A stretch of 42,776 bases of DNA from Bacteroidia bacterium (GCA_022402405.1 JAKRSG010000046.1:1-42776), one strand, 5' to 3'. Counted from the first letter of the stretch, positions 18,039-26,680 are shown. A program made the numbers and translations. Notes: generated by a model not told the origin, from the letters alone.

Positions 18039-19475
18039 ATGAAAAAGAATACATTTTTTGTTTTAATCCTATTATTTTTCGGCTTCACCAGCTTGGCTAA
18101 AGATGCATATAACATCAGTATTACCATCAAAGGTGCGCCAGAAACCAAGTTTTTCTTGGGATATTATTTTGGCGATAAACAATATTTACGAGACAGCGCC
18201 ATTACAGATAAAAATGGAAAAATGGTTTTTAAAGGTGATAAACCTCTAGAAGGTGGAGTGTATTTAATTGCCACATCAGAGAAAGCTTTGTTATTTGATT
18301 TTATTGTTAGCGAAATGTTTTTTAGTTTGGAAACAGAGCTTAACAATATTGTACCAGGTATGAAAATCAAAAATTCAGCCGAAAATGATATCTTTTTTCA
18401 ATACACCCAATATACGCACAAAATTGGAAAAGACGCTGGTAATATTGAGGAAGATTTAAAGAAAGCAAGAGAAGCAAACGATACTGCACTTACCAGAAAA
18501 CTTACAGAGCAGTACCGTAAAATCAACATGGATTTATACGAATATCGTCAAGGAGTGCAATCGAAACACCCTAATTCGCTTTTAGCAAAAATCTTTAAAA
18601 TGATGACGGAAGTTCAAGTTCCAGATGCACCAAGAAATGACAAAGGCGAAATTATCGATAGCAATTTTCAGTTCAACTACTACTATCAGCACTATTTTGA
18701 TAATATGGATTTGAGCGATGAAAGAATCGTTAGAACTCCAGTATTTCATGGAAAATTTGAGAGCTTTATTTTAAAACTTACTCCACAAATTCCTGATAGT
18801 ATTATTAAATCGGCTGATATTGCCTTAGCCAAAGCCACAGGCAAAGAAAATTTCAAATACATGTTATTCTGGATTACCAACCATTATGAAACCTCATCTT
18901 ATATGGGAATGGATAAGGTATTTGTGCACATGGTAGACCAATATTATGCTAAAGGAAAAGCATTTTGGATAGACGAAACCTTACTCTTTAAAATGAAAGA
19001 CAGAGCCGACCAATTACGTAATAACTTAATTGGTTTGAGAGGTCAGAATTTAACTATGTTAGATACCAATCATGTATATCATAGCCTATATAATGTAAAG
19101 GCAAATTATACTTTATTAATATTCTTCGATGCCAATTGCGGCAAGTGTAAAGAAGAAATGCCTAAGCTTAAAAAATTGTATGATGAACTTAATGTAAAAC
19201 CAACAGTTTCGGGTAAAAAATATTTCGATGTATTTGCGGTAAGCTTAACACCAGATGCCAAAGAATGGCAAAAATACATGCGCGAACAAAAGTTTAAATG
19301 GCTAAATGTATATGATCCAAACAATGAAACTAATTTCAGAAAACTGTATGATATTTACAGTACACCAGTGCTTTATTTAATGGATGAAAACAAAAAGATT
19401 ATTGCCAAAAGATTAAACGTAGAACAGGTTAAAGAATTTATTCAAGACCAAGAAAAGAAAAATAGCATTAAGTAA
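18039..19475 (+). CDS. Secreted thioredoxin-fold (TlpA/AhpC-TSA-like) protein with a large N-terminal domain
   Basis: Signal peptide. The C-terminal thioredoxin fold has a CGKC (CxxC) motif in FFDANCGKCKEEMPKL and the cis-Pro region YSTPVLYLMD. Confidence 0.7.
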   Translation: MKKNTFFVLILLFFGFTSLAKDAYNISITIKGAPETKFFLGYYFGDKQYLRDSAITDKNGKMVFKGDKPLEGGVYLIATSEKALLFDFIVSEMFFSLETELNNIVPGMKIKNSAENDIFFQYTQYTHKIGKDAGNIEEDLKKAREANDTALTRKLTEQYRKINMDLYEYRQGVQSKHPNSLLAKIFKMMTEVQVPDAPRNDKGEIIDSNFQFNYYYQHYFDNMDLSDERIVRTPVFHGKFESFILKLTPQIPDSIIKSADIALAKATGKENFKYMLFWITNHYETSSYMGMDKVFVHMVDQYYAKGKAFWIDETLLFKMKDRADQLRNNLIGLRGQNLTMLDTNHVYHSLYNVKANYTLLIFFDANCGKCKEEMPKLKKLYDELNVKPTVSGKKYFDVFAVSLTPDAKEWQKYMREQKFKWLNVYDPNNETNFRKLYDIYSTPVLYLMDENKKIIAKRLNVEQVKEFIQDQEKKNSIK

Positions 19476-19482
19476 TATATAA

Positions 19483-20202
19483 ATGAAAGTTGACATACTC
19501 GTTTTTGCTGCCCATCCAGATGATGCAGAATTATCATGCAGCGGAACTATTCTCGCTCATAAAGCTTTAGGCAAATCTGTTGCCTTAGTAGACTTAACCA
19601 AAGGAGAACTAGGTACCAGAGGAAATGCAGAGCTAAGAATGCAAGAGGCAGCAGAAGCCAGTAAAATTCTAGGAATAGACTATAGAGAAAACCTTGGCTT
19701 TAGAGATGGTTTTTTCGTGAAAAATGAAGAACTTGAACTCAAAATAATTCAGGCTATTAGAAAATATCAGCCAGAAATTGTGCTAGCTAATGCATTATCA
19801 GACCGACATATAGATCATGGAAGAGCAGCAGATTTGGTGCACGATTCATGTTTTTTGTCGGGACTAACAAAAATCCATACAGAATATAACTCGGTGCCCC
19901 AAAAAGCTTGGCGACCAAAAAAAGTATATCATTACATACAAGACCAGCTTAGCCATCCAGACATTGTGTTTGATATCAGTGATTTTTTTGACCAAAAAAT
20001 GGAAAGCATATTGGCTTTTAAATCCCAATTTTTCGATCCTAATTCAGATGAACCCAATACACCCATTTCAGGTCCAGATTTCTTAGATTTTATTAAAGGC
20101 AGAGCAGTTGAATTTGGAAGAAGAATTGGAGTAAAATATGGAGAAGGTTTTCAAATAAGAGGCGGCAGCATAGGAAGCAATAACTTACTTCAGCAACTCT
20201 AA
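19483..20202 (+). CDS. bshB1: LmbE/PIG-L-family deacetylase, bacillithiol biosynthesis BshB1-like
   Basis: AHPDDAELSCSGT, LTKGELGTRG and HIDH motifs. Confidence 0.75.
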   Translation: MKVDILVFAAHPDDAELSCSGTILAHKALGKSVALVDLTKGELGTRGNAELRMQEAAEASKILGIDYRENLGFRDGFFVKNEELELKIIQAIRKYQPEIVLANALSDRHIDHGRAADLVHDSCFLSGLTKIHTEYNSVPQKAWRPKKVYHYIQDQLSHPDIVFDISDFFDQKMESILAFKSQFFDPNSDEPNTPISGPDFLDFIKGRAVEFGRRIGVKYGEGFQIRGGSIGSNNLLQQL

Positions 20203-21083
20203 AAATTGGCAATGTAGAATGCCTTCATTTTAGCAATAATCTGTTTAAATAGATTTGGCATTTTTAAGTTTATAGACTCATCAAATTTATTTCCCATTTG
20301 GAGCATTTCTTTATACAAAAACGATGAAGGAATGCCCCACTTTTGGGCAAAGGTTTTTCTTCCGTTATTTCTAACAACACGGCCTGTTGACTTACATTTA
20401 AAATGATACACTAAACTACTACCAATTCCCCTAAAATCGCGCACTCCCAGTTCCCATAACTTCATAGCAAAATCTGGATCAGAATAAAAACCAGGAGAAT
20501 ACGTAACATCATATCCATTTGCTTTATCCCACAACTCACGATGTACTAAACTTGGTGGCCAACAAGAGCCTAACCAATCATATTTTGAATGGGATTGTGC
20601 AAAGTCTAAAAATCCATTTTCATCGAAACTATCATAGCTTCTGCCAAAATCAAATGGTGCCAAAATAGCTTTATTACCACTATCCTCAAACTCAACCATA
20701 GTGGCAGAGTAGTAAAACAAATTATCCTTACGCTTTTCTACCGCTTCAGCCAAATACTTATCCCAGTTTTTAGCCACATACATATCATCATTTACATATA
20801 ATATATAATCGGTTCGAACCAAATCTGACATGGCATTTAAAGCGTAACAAACTCCTACATTTTCATTCGAAAAACAATAAGAATAATCCTGACTTTTTAC
20901 CCAATCTAAGGTGTTATCAAGCCCCTCATTTACATGAATGATAATTTGATGTTTGTAGAAACTATTCTTCTCTATGCTTGCTATACAAAGTTTAAGGTAA
21001 TCTATATTATTCCATGTTGGAATTAAAATACTAAACTTAGATTCGGGATGATAATCCTTGAAAACAGCCTCAATATGCGGCAT
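20199..21083 (-). CDS. Family 2 glycosyltransferase
   Basis: FSILIPTWNN...YILYVNDDM (DxD-like) GT-A signature. Its stop overlaps the bshB1 stop (CTAA). Confidence 0.75.
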   Translation of the reverse strand: MPHIEAVFKDYHPESKFSILIPTWNNIDYLKLCIASIEKNSFYKHQIIIHVNEGLDNTLDWVKSQDYSYCFSNENVGVCYALNAMSDLVRTDYILYVNDDMYVAKNWDKYLAEAVEKRKDNLFYYSATMVEFEDSGNKAILAPFDFGRSYDSFDENGFLDFAQSHSKYDWLGSCWPPSLVHRELWDKANGYDVTYSPGFYSDPDFAMKLWELGVRDFRGIGSSLVYHFKCKSTGRVVRNNGRKTFAQKWGIPSSFLYKEMLQMGNKFDESINLKMPNLFKQIIAKMKAFYIANF

Positions 21084-21095
21084 AGATAAATTTAA

Positions 21096-22778
21096 TTAAT
21101 TTTTAGCCTCGGTAGTTGGAGGGTTAACAATACCAAAGTAAACAAAAACACGCATCATTGATTTTCCTATGCCTAATTCCTCGGCAGATTGTGGATCTAA
21201 TAATACCACTACATCATCTGGAGTACCTTTTGGTAATGGACCTATAACACGTGCAAAATGCTCCTTAAAATTATCTCTGTTTACAATGTATACAAATCGG
21301 CCTTTTTCAGCTGCATTCGTATACACTCCGCGGGTAAACGACTGCTTTTCGATATACTTAGCTAAACCCGCTACCTTTTCTAACCCTACAATATCCTCAG
21401 AAGAAGTTGATTTCTTTTGCATCGTTTGAGGCAATGTTCTAACATAAGGTGAAACATCTGCTCGCTTTGAGTTAATAACCAACTCTTGTCCGGCCCTAAC
21501 TCTATAAGTTAGTAATCCATTCCAATTAATAATATCTGTTACCCTAACTTTATATTTTTTGGCAATACCTTGCAAGGTTTCATCCTTCCTAACCACATGT
21601 GTTTTTTGCACATCACCAACTCCAGCACTTTGATTGGTTGATGGAACCTCTATGGCATTTTCTTCAGCAGTTAATGTAGAAAATAAATCATAACTGTAAT
21701 CCGTTTCTGTATAATCAAAAACCCTATAAGCAACACCTTTCGGATGAATGTAATTACTATCCATCATTCGCAACATATCCATCTTTCTGCGCTTCTTTAA
21801 ATCAGCCATCATAAGCGAATCTTGGTTTACTACAACCTCCGCTTTTTTGCTTTCCATTTTGGCTGCAAGCGGACTATTTGCAGTAGTTTTTGGTTCTTGT
21901 TTTGGCTCAGAAACTAATCCAGAGGATGCTAGTTTTTTCTCTAATTTAGACTTTTCATTCACACTAGTTTCCTTAAGTGAATCAGGATTTTCTATCGTTT
22001 TAGATTCATTGATTTTAGCAATTACTACTTCCTTCTTTTCCTTTACTTTGGACTTTAATGTTGCATTAGCCAATTTTGCACTATCAGAATCTATAGTAGA
22101 CACCACTTGTGGTTTATCTATCTTGTTAGTTTCAGCTACAGGAGTTTTGGGTTCAGAACTAACTTTTGCCGTTTGAGTTTTAACTTTCTCATTTGGAATT
22201 TTCACCTTCTGACCTTCTTTTAAATTATAGTTCTTTAATTGGTTCAGTTCTATAATAGCTTCTGGTTCAACCGAAAATGCTGCGGCAAGTTGGTTTACCG
22301 TTTGCGGACTAGCCACCACATAAATTTTATATTCCTTAGAATTTAATTCTTCCTTGCTTGGTAAAGTTGGAACCTCAATAGGATCCTCGCCAATAGCACT
22401 TGATTTGACTTCCTTTTTCTCTGCAATAACTGTGGCAGGTGGTGGTAATGTTTTAGCTAAAGGTAATTTTGAAGGGGTTAAAGATTGAACTGGAGGCACT
22501 GTTACTGCTCCATATTTTGTTTCATTGATGGGGATTTTAAGAATTTGTCCAGGATAAATTTTATCTGCCACTAAAGGATTATTACTCAAAATTTCGGCTT
22601 CACTAACAGAATATTTGCTAGCCAAGTTTGGCAAGGCATCTCCTTTTATTACCCGGTGAACTATGAATTTTTTGGCACCGCGCATCTCCAAACGTATAGA
22701 ATCTGTAGGGTGAACAAAAGCCCAAACCCCTATGGATATTAAGTTTAGATAGAGTATTGTTAAAAACTTTTTGAGCAT
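21096..22778 (-). CDS. Secreted protein with three LysM domains, a Lys/Glu/Ser/Pro-rich linker and an unassigned C-terminal domain
   Basis: Three LysM repeats: HRVIKGDALPNLASKY...GQILKIP, YVVASPQTVNQLAAAF...GQKVKIP and HVVRKDETLQGIAKKY...GQELVI. Signal peptide from the ATG at 22778; the track start at 22799 is a TTG. Confidence 0.8.
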   Translation of the reverse strand: MLKKFLTILYLNLISIGVWAFVHPTDSIRLEMRGAKKFIVHRVIKGDALPNLASKYSVSEAEILSNNPLVADKIYPGQILKIPINETKYGAVTVPPVQSLTPSKLPLAKTLPPPATVIAEKKEVKSSAIGEDPIEVPTLPSKEELNSKEYKIYVVASPQTVNQLAAAFSVEPEAIIELNQLKNYNLKEGQKVKIPNEKVKTQTAKVSSEPKTPVAETNKIDKPQVVSTIDSDSAKLANATLKSKVKEKKEVVIAKINESKTIENPDSLKETSVNEKSKLEKKLASSGLVSEPKQEPKTTANSPLAAKMESKKAEVVVNQDSLMMADLKKRRKMDMLRMMDSNYIHPKGVAYRVFDYTETDYSYDLFSTLTAEENAIEVPSTNQSAGVGDVQKTHVVRKDETLQGIAKKYKVRVTDIINWNGLLTYRVRAGQELVINSKRADVSPYVRTLPQTMQKKSTSSEDIVGLEKVAGLAKYIEKQSFTRGVYTNAAEKGRFVYIVNRDNFKEHFARVIGPLPKGTPDDVVVLLDPQSAEELGIGKSMMRVFVYFGIVNPPTTEAKN

Positions 22779-22873
22779 GCCTAAAAAATTAAAAATCAAA
22801 AGTAATTATAAATTACAGGCTTAGCGAAACCTTTTATTAAAAGCCCATGTGCGAAACCCTGTTTTCTATACAC

Positions 22874-23170
22874 TTACTTAACTTTATCTGCCACAATACA
22901 ACTCCAAGCATACGGCTTATCGTTAAAAAGAGCTTTGGTTCCTTGCCATGTTGATTTAAATAATTCGGAAAATCTATACTTGTTTAAATACTCCTCACTC
23001 TCCCAATAACTGTAGGTTAAATACACATTTTCTAAATGTGCATCTCTTAACAATATTAATCCTTCACATCCTTCAAATGAAGCAATTTTATGCTTTACAC
23101 TCTCAAATAATTCAAGAAACTCTGACACTTTTGAAGGCTCAAAGCTCATTCTAACTATTCTATTAATCAT
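22874..23170 (-). CDS. Antibiotic-biosynthesis-monooxygenase (ABM, ferredoxin-like) domain protein
   Basis: 98 aa. The pattern V...F...F......I..F.GC..L.LL.D......Y.TYS.WESEE.L..YR is typical of the ABM family. Confidence 0.65.
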   Translation of the reverse strand: MINRIVRMSFEPSKVSEFLELFESVKHKIASFEGCEGLILLRDAHLENVYLTYSYWESEEYLNKYRFSELFKSTWQGTKALFNDKPYAWSCIVADKVK

Positions 23171-23174
23171 TTTT

Positions 23175-23182
23175 CAAAAGTA
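23175..23182 (-). promoter_or_regulatory. Candidate -7 box TACTTTTG 5 nt upstream of the ABM ATG
   Basis: The reverse complement of caaaagta matches TAnnTTTG. Its G is 5 nt from the A of the ATG at 23170, the same geometry as at 6360-6372. Confidence 0.4.
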
Positions 23183-23220
23183 AACTTTCTTTTAAAAAAC
23201 ACAGCTTTCAGGTAAAAGTT

Positions 23221-23372
23221 AAGAGATTCTTCGCTATCGCTCAGAAAGACGTTCTAATCTTATGTTTTACTGCAAGAATCTTTGAGGCAGCTTCGCTGCC
23301 TCAAAGATTCTTGCCCCTTAGTTTTGATTTATGGTCCTTCTGAGCGCAACGCAGTGGAGCGAAGAATCTCTT
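23221..23372. repeat. 152-bp nested imperfect palindrome (three coaxial stems), GC-richer than its surroundings; REP/MITE-like element or structured RNA
   Basis: Outer stem: 23221-23235 aagagattcttcgct pairs with 23358-23372 agcgaagaatctctt (15/15). Middle stem: 23238-23250 pairs with 23334-23346 (12/13). Central stem: 23272-23291 gcaagaatctttgaggcagc pairs with 23295-23314 (20/20, 3-nt loop). Confidence 0.8.
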
Positions 23373-23475
23373 TTGTCGAAATTAGATTTTGTAATTTTTA
23401 AAAACTTTACTTTAAATTTTAAAACACTAAAAAACAATAACTTAACACTTATTAAGGTATTTTGTATTGCATAGT

Positions 23476-23496
23476 ACTAAACAATATTTAGTTTTG
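23476..23496 (+). promoter_or_regulatory. Candidate padR promoter -7 box (TAGTTTTG, 23489-23496) overlapped by a short inverted repeat ACTAAA-n5-TTTAGT (23476-23492)
   Basis: Exact TAnnTTTG match 33 nt upstream of the padR ATG. The 6-bp inverted repeat overlaps it and is a possible autoregulatory operator. Confidence 0.4.
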
Positions 23497-23528
23497 TGCC
23501 ATACTTTGAACCTTGTTATAAATAAAGC

Positions 23529-23864
23529 ATGGATTTAGAAAACAGAAAAGCGCAATTAAAAAAAGGCATTTTAGAATATTGTATTTTATCAATCATTAGC
23601 AGAGGCGAAGCTTATGCTAGTGATATTATAGAGGAAATGAAAGAGGCCAAATTATTAGTGGTTGAGGGTACATTATATCCTTTATTGAGCAGACTAAAAA
23701 ACGAAGGACTTCTGCAATATAATTGGGTAGAAAGCAAAAGTGGTCCACCCAGAAAATATTACCAATTAAGCGATGAAGGTGCAAAATTTTTAAAGGAGCT
23801 TGCCATAACGTGGCAAGAATTAGTACTAGCAGTAAATTTAATAACCAACGAAAACAATAAATAA
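23529..23864 (+). CDS. PadR-family transcriptional regulator
   Basis: LEYCILSIISRGEAYASDIIEEM....VVEGTLYPLLSRLKNEGLL...W.....GPPRKYYQLSDEG winged-helix signature. Confidence 0.9.
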   Translation: MDLENRKAQLKKGILEYCILSIISRGEAYASDIIEEMKEAKLLVVEGTLYPLLSRLKNEGLLQYNWVESKSGPPRKYYQLSDEGAKFLKELAITWQELVLAVNLITNENNK

Positions 23865-23869
23865 AACAC

Positions 23870-25672
23870 ATGGAAAAAGTATTTCAAATTCACCTAGCGG
23901 GATTGCTCTTTACCATTGAAGAGGAAGCTTATCATCAGTTAAAATCTTACTTAGATAAATTGCATACGCATTTTTCTAATAATGCTGATATTGTTCAGGA
24001 TATTGAGTCGCGCATGGCAGAATTGTTGCAAAGGCGATTAGATGCATCAAAAATTACCATTCAGAAAAAAGATGTATTGGAGGTCATAGAAATATTAGGT
24101 CATATCAACCAAATGGATGAACACGGCGAGCCACAAACTAGTTCTGAACCAAAACCAAGTTATCAAAAACCTACCCATCATAGATTGCGCCGTAATCCAG
24201 ATGATCAAAATTTAGGTGGAGTATGCTCTGGAATTGCCTCCTTCTTTGATGTTGACCCAGTATTAATTCGCGTAATTTTTGTATTACTTCTCGTTGCTTA
24301 TGGCTCAGGCATTCTGTTTTATTTAATCCTTTGGGTAGTATTACCAGAAGCCAAAGGAGACGACTTAGTATACATGAGAGAGCAAAAGGTTAATAAACTT
24401 AAGAAGCTTTTTCGCGATTCTGAAAATAGAGTTATTGGTGGTGTTTCGGCTGGTTTGGCCGCATATTTCGGACTAGATAGAGCCTGGATTAGATTAGCAT
24501 TTGTTATCTCAGTATTCTTATTTGGAACCGGTTTCTGGGTATATATCGTGCTATGGATTATTGTTCCAAAAGCTATTACAGCTAGTGAAAAATTATTAAT
24601 GCGTGGCGAAAGTATTGATATCAATAGTATCAAAAATGAATTCTTAAATAGCTCGGCCGGTAATAAAATGAATAGCATCGCTCAACATGGCAGTAGCATA
24701 ATCAGCAAAATAGTTAGCGGATTCTTTAAATTCGTTGCCGGTATTGCTGCTTTGGTTTTATTTACAGCCGTTATTGGCATTTCAATTGCCATGGTTGCGG
24801 TGTTCTTAAACCTGAACCAAACCCATTTTCTAAACGATTTAATTGCATTTACCATTCACCAACCTGAAACCATTTGGGCAGCAAAAATTGGGGTGCTATT
24901 AGTTTTATTAGCTCCTTTACTTGCTCTTTTAGTTGCAGTTATTAGGGTATTATTTCATTTGCCATTATTAAACAAAACGTGGTTCCTATCACTAGGCGGA
25001 TTATTTGTAATAGGTGTAGTAAGCTTAGCCTATGCCGGAATTAATTTCGGTAATCAAATTAAGTATACTGAAAGTAGGCAACAAATTATAAAAACCAGCT
25101 CTTATGATACTTTGTATTTTAACGGACAAGAAATGCCATATGATGAAATAGACAATGAAAGCAATGAAGCTGGTGAAATGGCCTTTAGAGACAAAGGAAT
25201 TTTAATGGGAACTAAAGCATTCTTTTTAGAAATAGACCAGATTAATTTCAAACAAAGTAAAACAGATAGTATTGCCATTAAAATAGTGAAGCGTGCTAAT
25301 GGAAAAAATAAACAGGACGCCAGAGAGAATATAGAAATGATTCAATACGCTCCTACTATCAACTTAAATCAAATTACCCTTCCATCCTACTTTAGCTTAG
25401 CCAAAGATCAAAAATTCTCTTGGCAAGAAGTTGAAATCACCGTTTGGGTTCCAGAGAACAAAATTATGATCATCAACCCATCGGTAAGAGAATATATGAA
25501 CGAAGAAAAACTAGAAGAGGCAGATGGCACCATGTACCAATTTCAAAAGGGTAAACTCGTTTGTATAGATTGCGCCGTAGATGAAACAGAAATATGGGAA
25601 GAAAACGAAATCGACACTAATATTAACCTCAGCATTAAAATCAACAAAGAAGGAGTGAAGATTGATATGTAG
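23870..25672 (+). CDS. Membrane protein with two PspC domains (phage-shock/envelope-stress type)
   Basis: Two PspC motifs: LGGVCSGIASFFDVDPVLIRVIFVLL and VIGGVSAGLAAYFGLDRAWIRLAFVISVF. Several TM helices and a C-terminal extracytoplasmic domain. Starts 5 nt after padR. Confidence 0.85.
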   Translation: MEKVFQIHLAGLLFTIEEEAYHQLKSYLDKLHTHFSNNADIVQDIESRMAELLQRRLDASKITIQKKDVLEVIEILGHINQMDEHGEPQTSSEPKPSYQKPTHHRLRRNPDDQNLGGVCSGIASFFDVDPVLIRVIFVLLLVAYGSGILFYLILWVVLPEAKGDDLVYMREQKVNKLKKLFRDSENRVIGGVSAGLAAYFGLDRAWIRLAFVISVFLFGTGFWVYIVLWIIVPKAITASEKLLMRGESIDINSIKNEFLNSSAGNKMNSIAQHGSSIISKIVSGFFKFVAGIAALVLFTAVIGISIAMVAVFLNLNQTHFLNDLIAFTIHQPETIWAAKIGVLLVLLAPLLALLVAVIRVLFHLPLLNKTWFLSLGGLFVIGVVSLAYAGINFGNQIKYTESRQQIIKTSSYDTLYFNGQEMPYDEIDNESNEAGEMAFRDKGILMGTKAFFLEIDQINFKQSKTDSIAIKIVKRANGKNKQDARENIEMIQYAPTINLNQITLPSYFSLAKDQKFSWQEVEITVWVPENKIMIINPSVREYMNEEKLEEADGTMYQFQKGKLVCIDCAVDETEIWEENEIDTNINLSIKINKEGVKIDM

Positions 25673-25693
25673 AACTCGCAGAATTTTAAACAT

Positions 25694-25725
25694 AAAAAAA
25701 GCCACTAAAATTAGTGGCTTTTTTT
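25694..25725. terminator. Bidirectional intrinsic terminator shared by the pspC-domain gene (+) and tRNA-Lys (-)
   Basis: The A7 run (25694-25700), the hairpin gccactaa/ttagtggc (25701-25718) and the T7 run (25719-25725). Confidence 0.8.
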
Positions 25726-25726
25726 G

Positions 25727-25799
25727 TGATCCCGCTGGGACTCGAACCCAGGACCCCTACATTAAAAGTGTAATGCTCTACCAGCTGAGCTACGGAATC
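25727..25799 (-). tRNA. tRNA-Lys (anticodon UUU)
   Basis: A 73-nt cloverleaf folded by hand. Acceptor GATTCCG/CGGGATC. D-arm GCTC-AGCTGGTA-GAGC. Anticodon arm TTACA-CTTTTAA-TGTAG. Variable loop GGGTC. T-arm CTGGG-TTCGAGT-CCCAG. Discriminator A. No encoded CCA. Confidence 0.95.
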
Positions 25800-25842
25800 G
25801 TTTTCGTTATTGTTAGCTTCGTTGCTGACGTCTAACGGGGTG

Positions 25843-25873
25843 CAAAGATATACTTCTGACCTTATCTCGCAAA
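25843..25873 (-). promoter_or_regulatory. Candidate tRNA-Lys promoter: -33 TTTG and -7 TATCTTTG with a 19-nt spacer
   Basis: On the minus strand, TTTG lies at 25870-25873 and TATCTTTG at 25843-25850. This matches the Bacteroidota TTTG-n19-21-TAnnTTTG architecture, about 40 nt upstream of the mature 5' end. Confidence 0.5.
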
Positions 25874-25931
25874 CCTTTTTGAATTTATTTTCAACTTATT
25901 TCTTAGCGTACTGAAAACCAAGTTGTATATT

Positions 25932-26675
25932 TTAATTTTTTGCTCGATTAATTAATTCCTCGCCAAAAGATTCAGCTAATTCATCGAGGGTAAAGGCTTC
26001 ATTTAGGCTAAAATTCCCAATATTTGTTCTACATAAGCTCTCCAAATAAGCTCCATTATTGAGCAATTTTCCAAAATCTCTGGCTAAAGAACGTATATAG
26101 GTTCCCTTGCTGCAGGTGATTTTAAAATACACCAGTGGCAACTCTATGCTGGTAATTTCAAACTCATGAACCATAACTTTACGAGATGGCAACTCCATTT
26201 CTACACCAGCTCTAGCAAACTCATAAGCGCGTTTACCATCTTTTTGAATAGCCGAAAATAATGGTGGCACCTGATCTAATTCACCACTTAATTTATTAGC
26301 AGCATCGTAAATCATTTCAGCTGTAATAGTATCTATTGAGAAACTTTCGGTAACTTCTGTTTCTTTATCAAAACTGGGCCTAAATGCACCTAAAAAGAAA
26401 CTTCCGGTATATGTTTTTGGCAGTCCCATATACTGTTCAATATTCTTAGTTTCTTTTCCAATACATATTATAAGTAATCCAGTTGCAAGAGGGTCTAACG
26501 TGCCGGCATGACCAACCTTCACCTTTCTTTTAATGCCATCTTTGGGCTTAGGCATTTTGCTTAATTTACGAAGTATGAGCCTTTGAATCTTCTTTGTAAC
26601 GTCGAAGCTTGTCCAGGTATAAGGCTTGTAAACTCGCAGTACCGAGCCTTTCTCTAAATCCAATAAGTCTTTCAA
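25932..26675 (-). CDS. truB: tRNA pseudouridine-55 synthase
   Basis: KPYTWTSFDV and the catalytic GHAGTLDPLATGLL motif. It apparently starts at a TTG, since no nearby in-frame ATG exists, 5 nt after the uppP stop. Confidence 0.9.
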   Translation of the reverse strand: MKDLLDLEKGSVLRVYKPYTWTSFDVTKKIQRLILRKLSKMPKPKDGIKRKVKVGHAGTLDPLATGLLIICIGKETKNIEQYMGLPKTYTGSFFLGAFRPSFDKETEVTESFSIDTITAEMIYDAANKLSGELDQVPPLFSAIQKDGKRAYEFARAGVEMELPSRKVMVHEFEITSIELPLVYFKITCSKGTYIRSLARDFGKLLNNGAYLESLCRTNIGNFSLNEAFTLDELAESFGEELINRAKN

Positions 26676-26680
26676 AAAAA

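Noticed and set aside
22800-22873. Repeated GCGAAACC words (agcgaaacc / tgcgaaaccc) between the ABM and LysM genes as a possible regulatory repeat or terminator
   Set aside because: Only 8 nt are shared, there is no convincing stem-loop or U-tract, and the spacing is not helical-phase specific. Chance similarity is a sufficient explanation.
23331-23474. 47-aa ORF (MVLLSATQWSEESLL...) starting inside the nested palindrome. It is preceded by an exact TAGTTTTG box (23319-23326) with the same 5-nt box-to-ATG spacing as the two leaderless candidates.
   Set aside because: The first 15 codons are just the right arms of the palindrome. The remainder translates AT-rich spacer into low-complexity sequence (KNFTLNFKTLKNNNLTL). 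There is no -33 element. It is most likely a repeat-derived pseudo-ORF, though TSS mapping could revive it.
24319-24678. 119-aa antisense ORF inside the PspC-domain gene. Similar antisense or shadow ORFs occur at 27810-28178, 21847-22176, 21169-21429, 35820-36131, 36276-36506, 2411-2650, 4178-4390, 8543-8725, 11174-11892 and 33709-34290, among others.
   Set aside because: Each lies fully inside a longer ORF with clear family motifs on the opposite strand or in another frame. Their translations are low-complexity and AT-codon driven (rich in I/L/F/K/N) with no recognisable motifs. Long shadow ORFs are expected in a low-GC genome.
25727-25799. tRNA-Lys as a possible integration hotspot (att site or genomic island border)
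   Set aside because: No direct repeat of the tRNA 3' end appears elsewhere in the window. There is no integrase, and the neighbours on both sides (pspC-domain gene, truB-uppP-ftsX) are ordinary core genes.
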